Positions 39,191 to 50,219 of a stretch of DNA of 64,000 nucleotides are shown here, in pieces. Origin of the DNA: Azolla caroliniana. Its lineage: Eukaryota > Plantae > Polypodiophyta. The position numbers were made by a program, and so were the translations under genes. Location of the stretch: positions 14,198,001 through 14,262,000 of the forward strand of contig JBHGNT010000009.1 of the NCBI GenBank assembly GCA_043228905.1, given 5' to 3'. Each line of letters begins with the position of its first letter. Within the stretch, counting starts at the first letter, position 1. The notes beneath the pieces were generated by a model that ran no database searches, was not told the origin of the DNA, and was given only the letters and a program-made list of their open reading frames with translations.

Positions 39191-42100
39191 ATGCAGAAAG
39201 AAAACCTACACCGCATGGAGGCCTTCTCATTTCGTGAACAAAGAATTGCAAACGCACATAGGCGATTGAAGATAATCAGATGCGAGCACCTAGAGCCCCC
39301 TAACGCACCTACCTCACCAGCAACCACCGACTCAGAAGGAGAAATGGACTGCATGACGCTCTCTAAGGCAGCCAAGAAGTGGTTAAAGCAACATGGATTG
39401 GAAGGATTCTTGAGGATCATGGAGGCACCACCACACAAAGAGGCGGAAAGGGTTGTCAAAGTCATCGACACAGAAGTAATGATCACAGAGGAGGCCATCC
39501 GTGCCCTGATGGGCCTACTCGAGGGCGGCATCTTCACCGTCGACAACCCTACCCCAGAGCAGCTCACGAAATACTTCGGTGAGTATTCTCTGGCCAGCAA
39601 GGCATATCGCACATAGGGTGGCGAGGATGGCTTATTTCGAGAGATTGCTTGTGTACTGCATGAGTATGGCCATGTGTACCCTCGACCCCCGGCAATGCCT
39701 AGGAACAGAGCCGGGTTAATTATCGCCACATATGAAGGTCTACAGGTGGATTGGTTGGTGATGATCGCTGACAGACTGCGCGCGGCCATCGACTCGGTAA
39801 GAGGGAAGGATGGAAGGAAAATATGGTAGGCGATGGCGCAATGGCTCACACTGTTAGCACCACTAGTGGAGCGCAACATGGCAAAGAAGCGGGGAAGATC
39901 AGCCGAAGGAACCTCCAAAACGGCTTCAAAACAGAAACAGTTATTGGCTGCTAAGGCAACCAAGGGGAAGGAGGCCGACACTGAGAAAACGGCGAACGAG
40001 CGACCTAACCAGGCGGCGACGCAGGAGGCAACACTGGCACGGCCAATAAAAATTACATTTCGCCGACCGGATCAATAGGAGCCAGATCCCTTGGCCATGA
40101 AAATCAATCTTCGGAAACGGCGGAGGAACCCAACGAGCACCTCCAGCGGCGCCAGAAGAAGAGCACTGCAGACCATGCCGGGCAGCAATCGGGTCCAAAA
40201 AAAGGATAGGATGCCGATACCCCGCATTGAGGGCCCAGAGCCAAGGGTGGAAGCGGAACCGGTTCAAACAGAACCGGTCACAAAAGTCCTTGCGCCGCAG
40301 GCTCCCCCGACGAGTTAGAGCATGACAAGACCCGTGATTCAAGAGTCGGTGATTCAGTTGTCTACATCACCGGCACTCTAGGACCAACTAGAGTTGGAAC
40401 GGCCGACTCAGGCACAACCAGAGTCTGCCAAGTGGTACCCAACCAGAGCCAGAGCTGTCAACCACACCAGATCGGACACTGGTAAGCGTAGAAATCGGCC
40501 AACCCTCTGCGCCGACATGGATAGAAGGCACCGACAGCCAATGGCTACGGTGGATCGGTGAGCAAATAGCCGGAGTGGTCCATTATATGGAGGCAGCGGA
40601 GAAAACACAAGTGGACCGGTTGCTAACCACAACCGGAGAACTAGAGAAGGCCCGGTCAAGGATCCGGAGCTTGGAACGAGAAGTGGAAATAGCCAAGGAA
40701 GAATTGGCTAAGAAGGTCATCACAGGACCCCAAGAACAGGAATCGGTGGCTCCGGTACATGTACAGAATAATGAAACACCGGCAATTGTACATAATAATA
40801 CGACCCTGATGTTGGGAACAAACTCGAATATAATTACAGCGCAAGCACAAGAGCTTGTCGTTCTCAAAGAAGACCTGGCTGCACAAGAAGCATTACGGGC
40901 TAGGGAAAGAGAATTAAAAATGACGGCGGAGGAGGAACAACGGAAGACTACTAACAATCTCCGACGAGCAGAAGAAAGTTTGCGGAAGGGACACCAAGCC
41001 TATGACCGGCTTAAGGAAGAGAAAGAAAAAGTGCTGCAAGAGAAGGATAAACTCTGAAGGATGGCGGAAACGGAGATCGAGAGTCTCAAAGAAGAGCTTC
41101 GGCAGCAAAAGGATAGGGAAGACCGAGCTCGCCGCCAGATCAATCAGAAGCTGAAGCAGAAAACAGAAGAGTTTGACTGCCTGCACTGGGATTATAAACA
41201 TGTTGAGTCGGAATACAAGAAGCTCATCACCGACAGTGACCGACAGCAGGAGAAGATGTTCAAGCTCCGGAATGAAGTGCAACGAGCGAAGACGGCACTA
41301 GCAGAAGAACGGGCTGAGAAGGAAACCATATGAGCTAAAGCGGCGCAGGAACGCATGGAACTCCAGATGCAACATCAGGCGGAAACGGAACACGCTACCA
41401 TGGTCTTACAAAGAGTGCAGACAACATATCAGAATCAACTGGTGTGCTACAAGGACCAGGACGTGGTGACGGCGAACCTGATCAAACAGTTGAAAGATGA
41501 CCGACAGGCCGTTGAAGACAAATCAAAGATGGGGCTGGAGCGGATCCGATGCATTGTACATGCATGGAAGAATCGAACGAAGCGTTTGATTGAAGACAAC
41601 TCAGTATTATGGTGGTCAAAATGGGCGAAGCATGCTGTCGAGCTACATTTGCTGAGGGCGGACACGGAAAACCGGCAGAAAGAAGGCAATGAGTTCTATA
41701 AGTTGGAAAAGGAAGACTTTGTTGCCGTGAAAGATGAATTGGTGGAGAACTTCGTAGCATTGGCTGATGAACAGATAACGGTGGTCCGGCAACTAGTGGC
41801 ACAACTGGACGATGATCGGCTGGATAACCAAATCCAGTTTGAAAGTTACGAAAAGGAGAGGCTACGGCAAGAGGCGACGAAGAGCACGCCAACAATCAAT
41901 CTCAGTGATGAAGAGCCATCATCGGAGCAAGGGACGGACAGAGTCAAGGCTGGGACAACCCAATCGGATGTAACTCAGGAGGAGTAGCCAAGGGAGGAAG
42001 TGCCACAACAACCACCGGCACCGAGAGCGGCACAACAACCATTGGAGGAGCAACGCCCACAAGAGTTGGAGACCACGCAGCAGCAAGAATCACAACAATA

Positions 42101-42220
42101 GCCAACGGAGCAGCCGGAGGAGGAGCAACAACAATAGGAGGAGCAGCAGCAATCCGATCAACCTTCCGAAAAACCCTTAGAGCCCCTTGATCAGAGCATT
42201 CAGGACATTTTAGATGAGGA
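39191..42220 (+). pseudogene. Extra ORF downstream of integrase (globular N-terminus plus long coiled coil), disrupted
   Basis: Collinear fragments 39191-39616, 39833-40078, 40575-41057, 41061-41333 and 41355-41987; heptad-like E/K/Q/R composition. Confidence 0.7.
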
Positions 42221-42234
42221 TTGAAGGCCGAATA

Positions 42235-42275
42235 GTGGGATTCGACGTACAAGGTACTGTCCCACGGGCGTGCCA
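42235..42275 (+). other. tRNA-Arg-like T-arm and CCA end at the PPT position
   Basis: GTGGGATTCGA-cgtacaaggtact-GTCCCACGGGCGTGCCA, 2 nt before the 3' LTR. Confidence 0.7.
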
Positions 42276-42553
42276 TGTGTTAGCCAGCCAACAAGGAGTG
42301 GAGGACAGTCCAAAATATGAAAAGGCAGAAATAATCAGAAGTTGTTATTAGGATATTAAGTAATTAAGTAGATTTTAGAGAAGTGAACGGACGGACCGGA
42401 ATCGGTATGCCGATCTGGATCCGAACCGGTTCATATTAGTGTGCCGGTTCATATTAATCACCGGTCTAACTCTATTTCACCGTAACACCCTTTGGTGAAG
42501 TGTTTTCTTTAGACACCCTATGTTAGGCTATTGTCCGGCCCTAAGGAGTAACA

Positions 42554-43178
42554 CTAGACTAGCATCTGACGCATCGACAACTTTACGGGTGGAGGTCGAA
42601 GCACAAACCGCCATCGCCGTAAAAGCAAAAAGAGCTACGCAGTTAGCCGAGTCTGAGATTGACCGCCTCTACGTGGAACTTCGCCAATCATTAGATAGAG
42701 AAAAGGATATCCGGGCAAAAGGATGAAGGGCGGTGAAAGCACTGGAGGATAAGCTCGAGGCGGAGACAATAGCGCATACCCACACAAAAGAAGAAAACAG
42801 AAAGCTGCGTGAGGAAGCCCAAAAGACAGAAGCTATTATCACAGGACTCCGAGTGTTATTAGAAAAGAAGAAAGCATGGTACGACGAACAACTCGTGCGG
42901 GAATGGGAACTTAGGCATCATGCAGAAGTCCACCTAAACAATGAAATGGGCCGGCTCAAGGAACTACACTTGAAAGAATCCCAAATATGGGCAAAGATGA
43001 AGAGCCTCTATGAGGAAGCAGCTACGACCAATAAGCGTAAAATCGAAAACCTCAAGAAAGCCTTGGACGAAGTGTAAACCTGCTCCCAAATGATAATGGA
43101 TAATGTACGTGTTCTTCTTCAAACAAATCGCGAGCCGGTTACGGCACAGTTGAAAGCAGCGTTGGACAAAGGATGGAC
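42554..43178 (+). pseudogene. Coiled-coil extra-ORF remnant of the host gypsy element
   Basis: ORFs 42520-42726 and 42733-43077; composition continues that of 32413-32696. Confidence 0.55.
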
Positions 43179-43669
43179 CCCGGGGGCTCCACTATATATA
43201 AAGAGGTTGTATCACGTGCATTCACGACATCTTTTATAAACCCCTTATATGTATGTTTATTATTATTTTAGAGACCCTTTTGTAAAAAAACAGTTAATAA
43301 AAATACCGCTTAGTGCAAATATATATTTTGACAACAACTTATTTTAAATGCCCTTAAATAGAAAACACATGTATGTTCAATATATGTGTGTATGTATATA
43401 TTGTATTGTATTGCATGTGTTGTATATATTTTATGTATGGGTTATGTGTATGTATGTTCACATGTATGTATTGTATTGCATGTGAATGTACATATGTACT
43501 GTATTGTCTTCCATGTTTATATATGCATGTATTGTATTGTATTGCATGTGTTGTATATATTTTATGTATATGGCATGTGTGTGTGTATCTATGTGTTATA
43601 TGTGCATGTGTGTGCATGTAAGTGTAATGATATGTGCATGTGTGTGCATGTAAGTGTAATGATATATGG

Positions 43670-43701
<32 letters not shown>

Positions 43702-46700
43702 AGGATGTTTGTGTATGTGTGTGCATGTGTTCTGTATATGTGCATGTGTGAACGTGTATTATACATGTCACTACAACAAAATAAGCTAGTAGTGATGCCA
43801 AAACACATTGCTATTGGCACTACACATATACCATCATTGTGCAACACCTTTTGAAAAGAGTAAATTTTGTTTTTACTTTTTTTGATAAAAAAAATTCTTC
43901 TCTTTATTTCTTTTTAAAAAAATGTGTTTGTATGTATCGATGTATGTTTGTTTGTTTGCATGTATGTTGATGTGGAGCATATGTGTCTTCAAACCATCTT
44001 CGAAGAAGGATTGCCATCTAATCACTAAGCATGAAAGGTTGTCTTCATTCCATGCCATCTTCTCTGACATGCCTATGTAACAATGCATATATTGTGGCTT
44101 CATGGAAGTGAAAAACAATAGATCTAAAAGAGCATATATATAACAAGAATACTATGTTATGAGATGTTCAAGAATCATTCACAACATTCAACTTGAGCAA
44201 GAACTTCATTGGATAAAAATGTTGCAATGCTAGAACAAACACACACTGAGTTTTTCGCTAAGAAAATTTGAGCATTTGAGTCCCTAACTTGTTACAATGC
44301 AATCACTCACACACAACACTTTTAATCTATAAAACATATTCTCTCTCACAGCCATATCCATTAATCTCTCTGCAACAAAAACAAAGTAATTAGGCTTTGG
44401 AACCCACAAAGCTTTACATCAAGAACATTTAATTTGAAATTTGCAAGAAAAGTAGTGTTGGGTTATCATCAATGTAATTTATATGAACAAGCTTCATGTA
44501 CATGCCCTTTATCATAGTCCTTATCAAATTTGACATTTGCAAACCTACACACAAAAAATACGTTATTTTACTTTTTTGTCGAGCACCATCATTCAATAAG
44601 TTGAAAACCTATACAATAACAATAAGAAACCAAAGGTTAATATGTTGTGCGAATGAAATAACATGATCAAAATGATAGTTGCAAACAAAAGATGTAGAGT
44701 AATAATCAAGAAGCATGAATCATTATACCTTCTCCTCTTAAGTAATGCTACAATCTTGATCCCATGCACAATAAGTTCAACTTTTTTGTCCATAATATAA
44801 TCTGCAACAAACAAAAGATGTAGCGTAATAATCAAGAAGCATCAATCATTATACCTTCACCTCCTAAGTGATCCCGTGCACAATAACATCAACTTATGTG
44901 GTCCATAATATAATATGCAACCCATAACTATGTATGTATATATATTTATAATAGTGTATGGATGCATGCCTTGTGGTTTTCCTGTTACTATATTTGCCTC
45001 GATTACCTCCCTTTTCTCCAAGCCATCAATTCCGGAAGCTTGAATTAACAAAGCCTACTTCCATATAGTTTCAAAGTAAACTCCAACATTGCAAGAGCTA
45101 TTCAAGGTCAAGACAGTCATATATGTCATTTCTTGCCCAAATATACACATGCTTCAATCTCTTCCATTGTTCCTATCCTATCGTGCCACCTTGAATAACA
45201 AAGAAATTTGGAAACGAAACAAGAGAATGGAACTTCATGTTTGGGTCAGCAGATTAAGAGTATCATTAATATAACACATATCAACAAGATCTACAGCCTT
45301 TCCAACAAAGATATCACAAAATAAATTAAGTGTTTTTTATGTGCACCTCAGTGTTGGTCAGTTGAGATTCAAATGGTATGGCATAAGCTCTTTAGAAGTT
45401 GTATTGGTCCACCTTCTTTCTTTTTTAGAGCATGGTAGATGTGGATTCGATCTTGCATTCGCACGAAAGCTTGCACAAATCACAACAAACTCTTGTTCGA
45501 TTATCACTGGAATATCTCGCCTCTATTGTCAATCGCTTCTTGAAGCTACATGAGGTTTCTCAAGACCGAAAGAGTTCATCTTTCATGTGAAATGACAATA
45601 GCAAATACACAAAGTAACATGGCAAAAAAAGTATGCAAGAAAATGTTGTAAACGCATGTGTGCATGCATTCATACATGCATACAAACACAACCATGCACA
45701 TGCATATGCAAATACGCATGCACACATGCACACATGCATACACATACTCATACAAACATAGTTTTAAATTGATATGGTACTAAACTAAGAACCTTCATGT
45801 TTGCAATGTACCTTCCCTCATGTTTTCGGCCTCATTATTTCCTACATCCTCCTTCTTCTCCCCTCTTCACCACAAACACTTGATTTATCATAGATCAAGG
45901 GACAATATTTCCATAAGACCCTCCAAATGATTTGCTTTTTTGGATATCCTTGCAAAGTAAATTCATAGACAAAAGTTTTTAATACATAATTAACATGATA
46001 ATATATACAAGGCTATATACAGAAATCAAAGTTAAGTAAAAAGAAACAATAAAAAGAACAATAAAATTTCAGCAAAAGCAAAAGCTGTTATAGTACAATT
46101 TCAAGATGCAAGATTATAAAAATCAATTCAGAAAAGAAAACCAAATAATTCTTAAAATCAATGTTTTGTTTACAAAATTAGCAATCCTAAGCATTTCAGG
46201 ATTATATAGAGAACAATGGAGAAATCAATGTAAAAAACAAAAAACTCTCGCACCTTCTTGTAGCTCGTCTTGCACATCCTTGCTCGCTAGAGGACTACTT
46301 CAAAGAGGAGGTCATCATGCTCATGGCGCTCTCTCTCTCTCTATCTCTCTCTCTATCAATTTATAAACAAAAGTTTGTAAAGTTTTCATTTTGTTTACTT
46401 CCTCCAATTATGTGAATCCGAGCCACCGCTTGAATACCTTTTATTACTCCACTATAACCACCATTGCGATTGCTACCACCATAGCCACCATTTCCACCAC
46501 CATTGGTATCATTATAGCCACAGGCACAACCACAAGCACTATCCACCATTTCCTCCATATGATCTCTCCCTGTTATATTCTGAACCACCACTTCCATTGG
46601 AGGCACGATAGCCTCCATCACCCCCCACCCGATCTTGCCTGAGCTCAGTCCACAGTAATGTTCCTTCCATCGAGCTCTTTTCCATTCGTCAACTCAATCA

Positions 46701-46918
46701 CACCTGTCATCATTTGCTCATCAGAGAATGTCACAAAGCCAAAGCCTCGTGATCGTCCTGTTTCATGGTCATTGATAACCTTGGAGTTGACAACTTCGCC
46801 GAAGTATCCTGCGATCATCGGTGGTCCATGCGAGACCTCCAATGAAGCAGCGATACTTGAGATCTACAACGGCCATGGAAGCTTTGAGATGGGGAGGGGG
46901 GTGAAAGAGGAGACAAAG

Positions 46919-46956
<38 letters not shown>

Positions 46957-47200
46957 TTTTCCCCCCAATTTTTACTAAAACACATCACATATATAATCTC
47001 CCCCCCCTTTCTTCCCCCATTTTTTTAAAACAATTAGCATCCCTTTGAGAGCCGTTTTAAAAAGAGTGTTCTATTGTGTGTATGTATCTTCTATACATGT
47101 GCATGTTTATGTATGTGGATATGTATATTTGTGTGTGTGTGTGTTATGCTCTATACATGTGCATACGTATGTATTGTACTCCATGTAGGGTAAAAGCATG
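43179..47200 (-). mobile_element. CCCGGGGG-terminal TIR element, copy 2 (inverted; other end not found in the window)
   Basis: Starts CCCGGGGGCTCCACTATATA, the reverse complement of the 22069 end; interrupts the gypsy extra ORF. The right limit is where the next element starts. Confidence 0.8.
46395..46876 (-). pseudogene. Processed pseudogene of a glycine-rich RNA-binding protein (AtGRP7/8-like RRM plus Gly tail)
   Basis: MAVVDLKYRCFIGGLAWTTDDR, frameshift, then FGEVVNSKVINDHETGRSRGFGFVTFSDEQ...GKELDGRNITVD*AQARSGGG...NWRK*; RNP2 and RNP1 are clear. Confidence 0.9.
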
Positions 47201-47438
47201 CGAGTGGAAACACTATTATAGTTAATTAGCTACTAAAATGGCCATAGCTAATTAGCTATTTGTTTAGCTAGTCTTTTTTGTGGGAAAATCAAATATTTGA
47301 AAAACTAATTTCTGAAAAAACTCAAATATTTGAACTTCTGTTTCAGACGTAGTGGAACTTGGGGAATAACACCATCATCTAAGGTCAACTTCAATGTCAT
47401 CAATTACCTGTTTAGCCTAAGTTTGATTTTGAACGCAG

Positions 47439-49654
47439 ATGGAGTACTCAGAGCACGAACGCAGACGTAGCTCCCGCAACAGCAGAAAATCGACATTGCA
47501 AATTGAGAGCTACAATACAGAACCCGCTCGATCATCGTCCAGGTATGTTTCAGTTACAGAAACCCCAAACATTTGTTTTTTCTTTTTGACTACTGTCTAA
47601 ACTTTGGTGCCGATTCATATTTCCCCAAAATCGAATAGGGCGAAGTCCTTGGAGTCCCATACAAGGATGTCTCACAGATCGGGGAGTAGCAGCAGGTGTG
47701 TTTATATTACTTTTTTTGTGTTTAATCATGTCTTTAGTGATGCTTGGGGTTTCTGATTGAAATTTCTGATTAGGGTTTTTGTTTATAAATTTATGATTAG
47801 AATTTATGATTAGGGTTTGTGATTGAAATTTCTGATTAGGGTTTCTGATTGAAATTTTTGATTATAAATTTTTTATTAGAATTTTTGAATAGGGTTTCTG
47901 GTTACAAATTTTGATTATAGATTAGAATTTCTGAATAGGGTTTTTGTTTATAAATTTCTGTTTAGGATTTCTGATTAGGGTTTGTGATTGAAATTTCTGA
48001 TTAGGGTTTCTGATTGAAATTTCTGATTAGGGTTTTTGATTATAAATTTCTGATTAGAATTTCTAAATAGGGTTTCTGGTTACAAACTTCTGATTATAGA
48101 TTTTGATTAGGGTTTCTGATTTCAAACTTCTGATTACAAATTTTGATTAGGGTTTTCGATTTCAAATTTCTGAATACAAATTATGATTAGGGTTTCTGAT
48201 TTGCTAAGTTAAAGATTTTGCACTATTTATGTTGTTGTTGATTGGGGTTTCTGATTCTGACATATTCTGATTTTGCACTATTTCTGATTTCTGAAATGAT
48301 ATTTCAGATGGCTTGTTCCTCCGTATCCGAGAGTGCTAAACTTCGCAAAATTTTGCGAGACAAAGGAGGACTTCCACAACACCTATGGTCTGTCACTCGG
48401 GGGTGTTGACCCTGCTGTCCTAAGTGATAAATTGATCAGTGATGTAGACTGGATGACAGTATATACAGTGCCTAGAGTCAAAGGCAAGGTCAAGCTGAAG
48501 CATGTACGAGCCAACTTGTACGATGACTGCATGAGGCTGCACCAGAAAGTTCATCAGGAGATCCTAGTCAACAATGAGTTGTTAGTTTCATTTGCTAGAG
48601 CATTTGCATATGAGTACTGCAAAACAACGAAGGAATCCAGAGACCCTGAAATGTATAGGGTAGCTTGGGCAGTCTATGGTGAGGCATCGGTAAAAAGATG
48701 CCGAAAGATGGGGACCTTGGCACAAAAAATAGACAAATTTTGGAGCATGGCAGTTGTTGATGCAACTTCCGACTCCCAGCAAGACCGGGGGCATACACCA
48801 CACCGACACCCAAGGAAAGCCAATGTCGATGATACAGGTGAGACATTGGTTAGCTATATGCTAAAATATGTCCATGAAGCCTGTGAGACATTGGCATTTT
48901 TTAAGACTGATTTAGAGAAAGCCACAATGGCTTCTGCAATGGAGAGCAAAGTTACTTCGGTTGTTACAACGATTAGAAATAAGATTCAAGTAACTATTGT
49001 TTTGCTGGTATGTGATTGTGTTATAAATAACTTTAAGGGTAAAATGTGCTAATCAAGCATTATCTGGAATAGGTTGTGCAACAGGAGCTTGAATTAGAGG
49101 GGCCACTGGATCCCCAGCGTAAAATACAACTGCAAATAGAGATCCAGGTTCTTTCAATGAACCTAGACCTTCTAAGTGTAAATATTGTTGCAGATTACAA
49201 TTTGGATAAGCTTCAAGTAAGTTAACGATTCCTGAGCAAAGTTGGTGTATCTTTCAACAACAGGAATAATTAATCGGTAAATTTCACTGTTGCGTTGAAG
49301 GAACAATACATTCATCAAGAACAGGTAGTTAGCTGCCTTAAGAAGCAGCTACATTTTGTGGAGTGAATGGTAAGGACCAGATAGGATTTGGACCTGAACA
49401 TTCTTGCTCCCTTACCAAATTAAGGAGAACCAGAAAATGATTTATTGATAGTTCAAGCACGTTGCATCGCTTACGGGTTAGGTGTGGAGGACAAAACTTC
49501 GTCTTTGTTCGTTCACCTACAACCATGCAACCACACATACCATCTGCTTTGTTTTCAACATGCCTGTCAAATTGCTGCATTCTGTTTGGGAGATTGCAGT
49601 ATAGCTCTACCAAATGAGTGGAGAAAACTAACAGGTATACCATACTATAGCTAA
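47439..49654 (+). pseudogene. Spliced accessory gene of unknown function ending in a RING-like Cys/His motif
   Basis: AG/GT-bounded segments near 47439-47542, 47639-47695 and 48308-~48990; ORF 48333-49052; CIAY...PCNHTYHLLC...C...C at 49445-49654. Confidence 0.45.
47745..48300 (+). repeat. Degenerate tandem array containing TTAGGGTTT (telo-box-like) units
   Basis: Repeated TTTCTGATTAGGGTTTCTGATTGAAAT variants. Confidence 0.85.
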
Positions 49655-50219
49655 TAACCTTAGTCTTTTCTAATTAGCTAAGCCATAAAAAGTATGGAAA
49701 CTATTTTGCTGCTATTGTTGTAGCTAATTAGCTACTACCATAGTTGATTAAAGCAGCTAATAGCTATCCTATTAGTTAATTAGCTACTGCCATAGTTTAC
49801 TACAGTAGTTAATTAGCTAAGTGGCAGCTAGTTAGCTACTAGCTAATTAGCTATCCTACTTGCAACTAATTAGCTACTGGCAGCTAGTTAGCTACTCATA
49901 GCTAATTAGCTAGCACCATAGTTGTGTAAAGTAGCTAATTAGCTACTGGCAACTAATTAGCTATCCTACTAGCTAATTAGCTACTGGCAACTAATTAGCT
50001 ATCCTACTAGCTAATTAGCTATCCTACTAGCTAATTAGTTACTGCCATAGTTGTGTAAAGTAGCTAATAAGCTATCCTAGCAACTAATTAGCTATTGGGA
50101 GCTAATTAGCTATCCTAGTAGTTAATTAACTATGGTACTAGCTAATTAGCTAGTACCATAGTTGTGTAAAAAAGCTAGCTAGCTATCCTGCTAGCTAATT
50201 AGCTATCCTAGTAGTTAAT
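49645..50219. repeat. Palindromic TAGCTAATTAGCTA array (continues 55889-56056 and 59976-60160; also near 47220, 62090 and 63890)
   Basis: Dozens of AGCTAATTAGCT units with short spacers. Confidence 0.92.

Larger units (their letters stand above)
32697..42553 (+). mobile_element. Non-chromovirus Ty3/gypsy element with 3' extra ORF (degenerate)
   Basis: LTRs 32697-33156 and 42278-42553 (the latter internally deleted), PBS TGGCGACCAC at 33164, gag knuckles, IIDGGSG protease, FLDDF RT, RNase H, integrase; no clean TSD found. Confidence 0.88.

Noticed and set aside
32692-42558. 5-bp TSD for the gypsy element 32697-42553
   Set aside because: Flanks read AACAA and CTAGA and do not match, so no TSD is claimed.
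47211-47230. CACTA/EnSpm terminus
   Set aside because: CACTA is present, but the associated transposase lacks TnpD features and no matching end or 3-bp TSD is visible. Kept only as an alternative boundary.
47745-48300. Interstitial telomere remnant
   Set aside because: No consecutive TTTAGGG units; the motifs are single and embedded in a different repeat.
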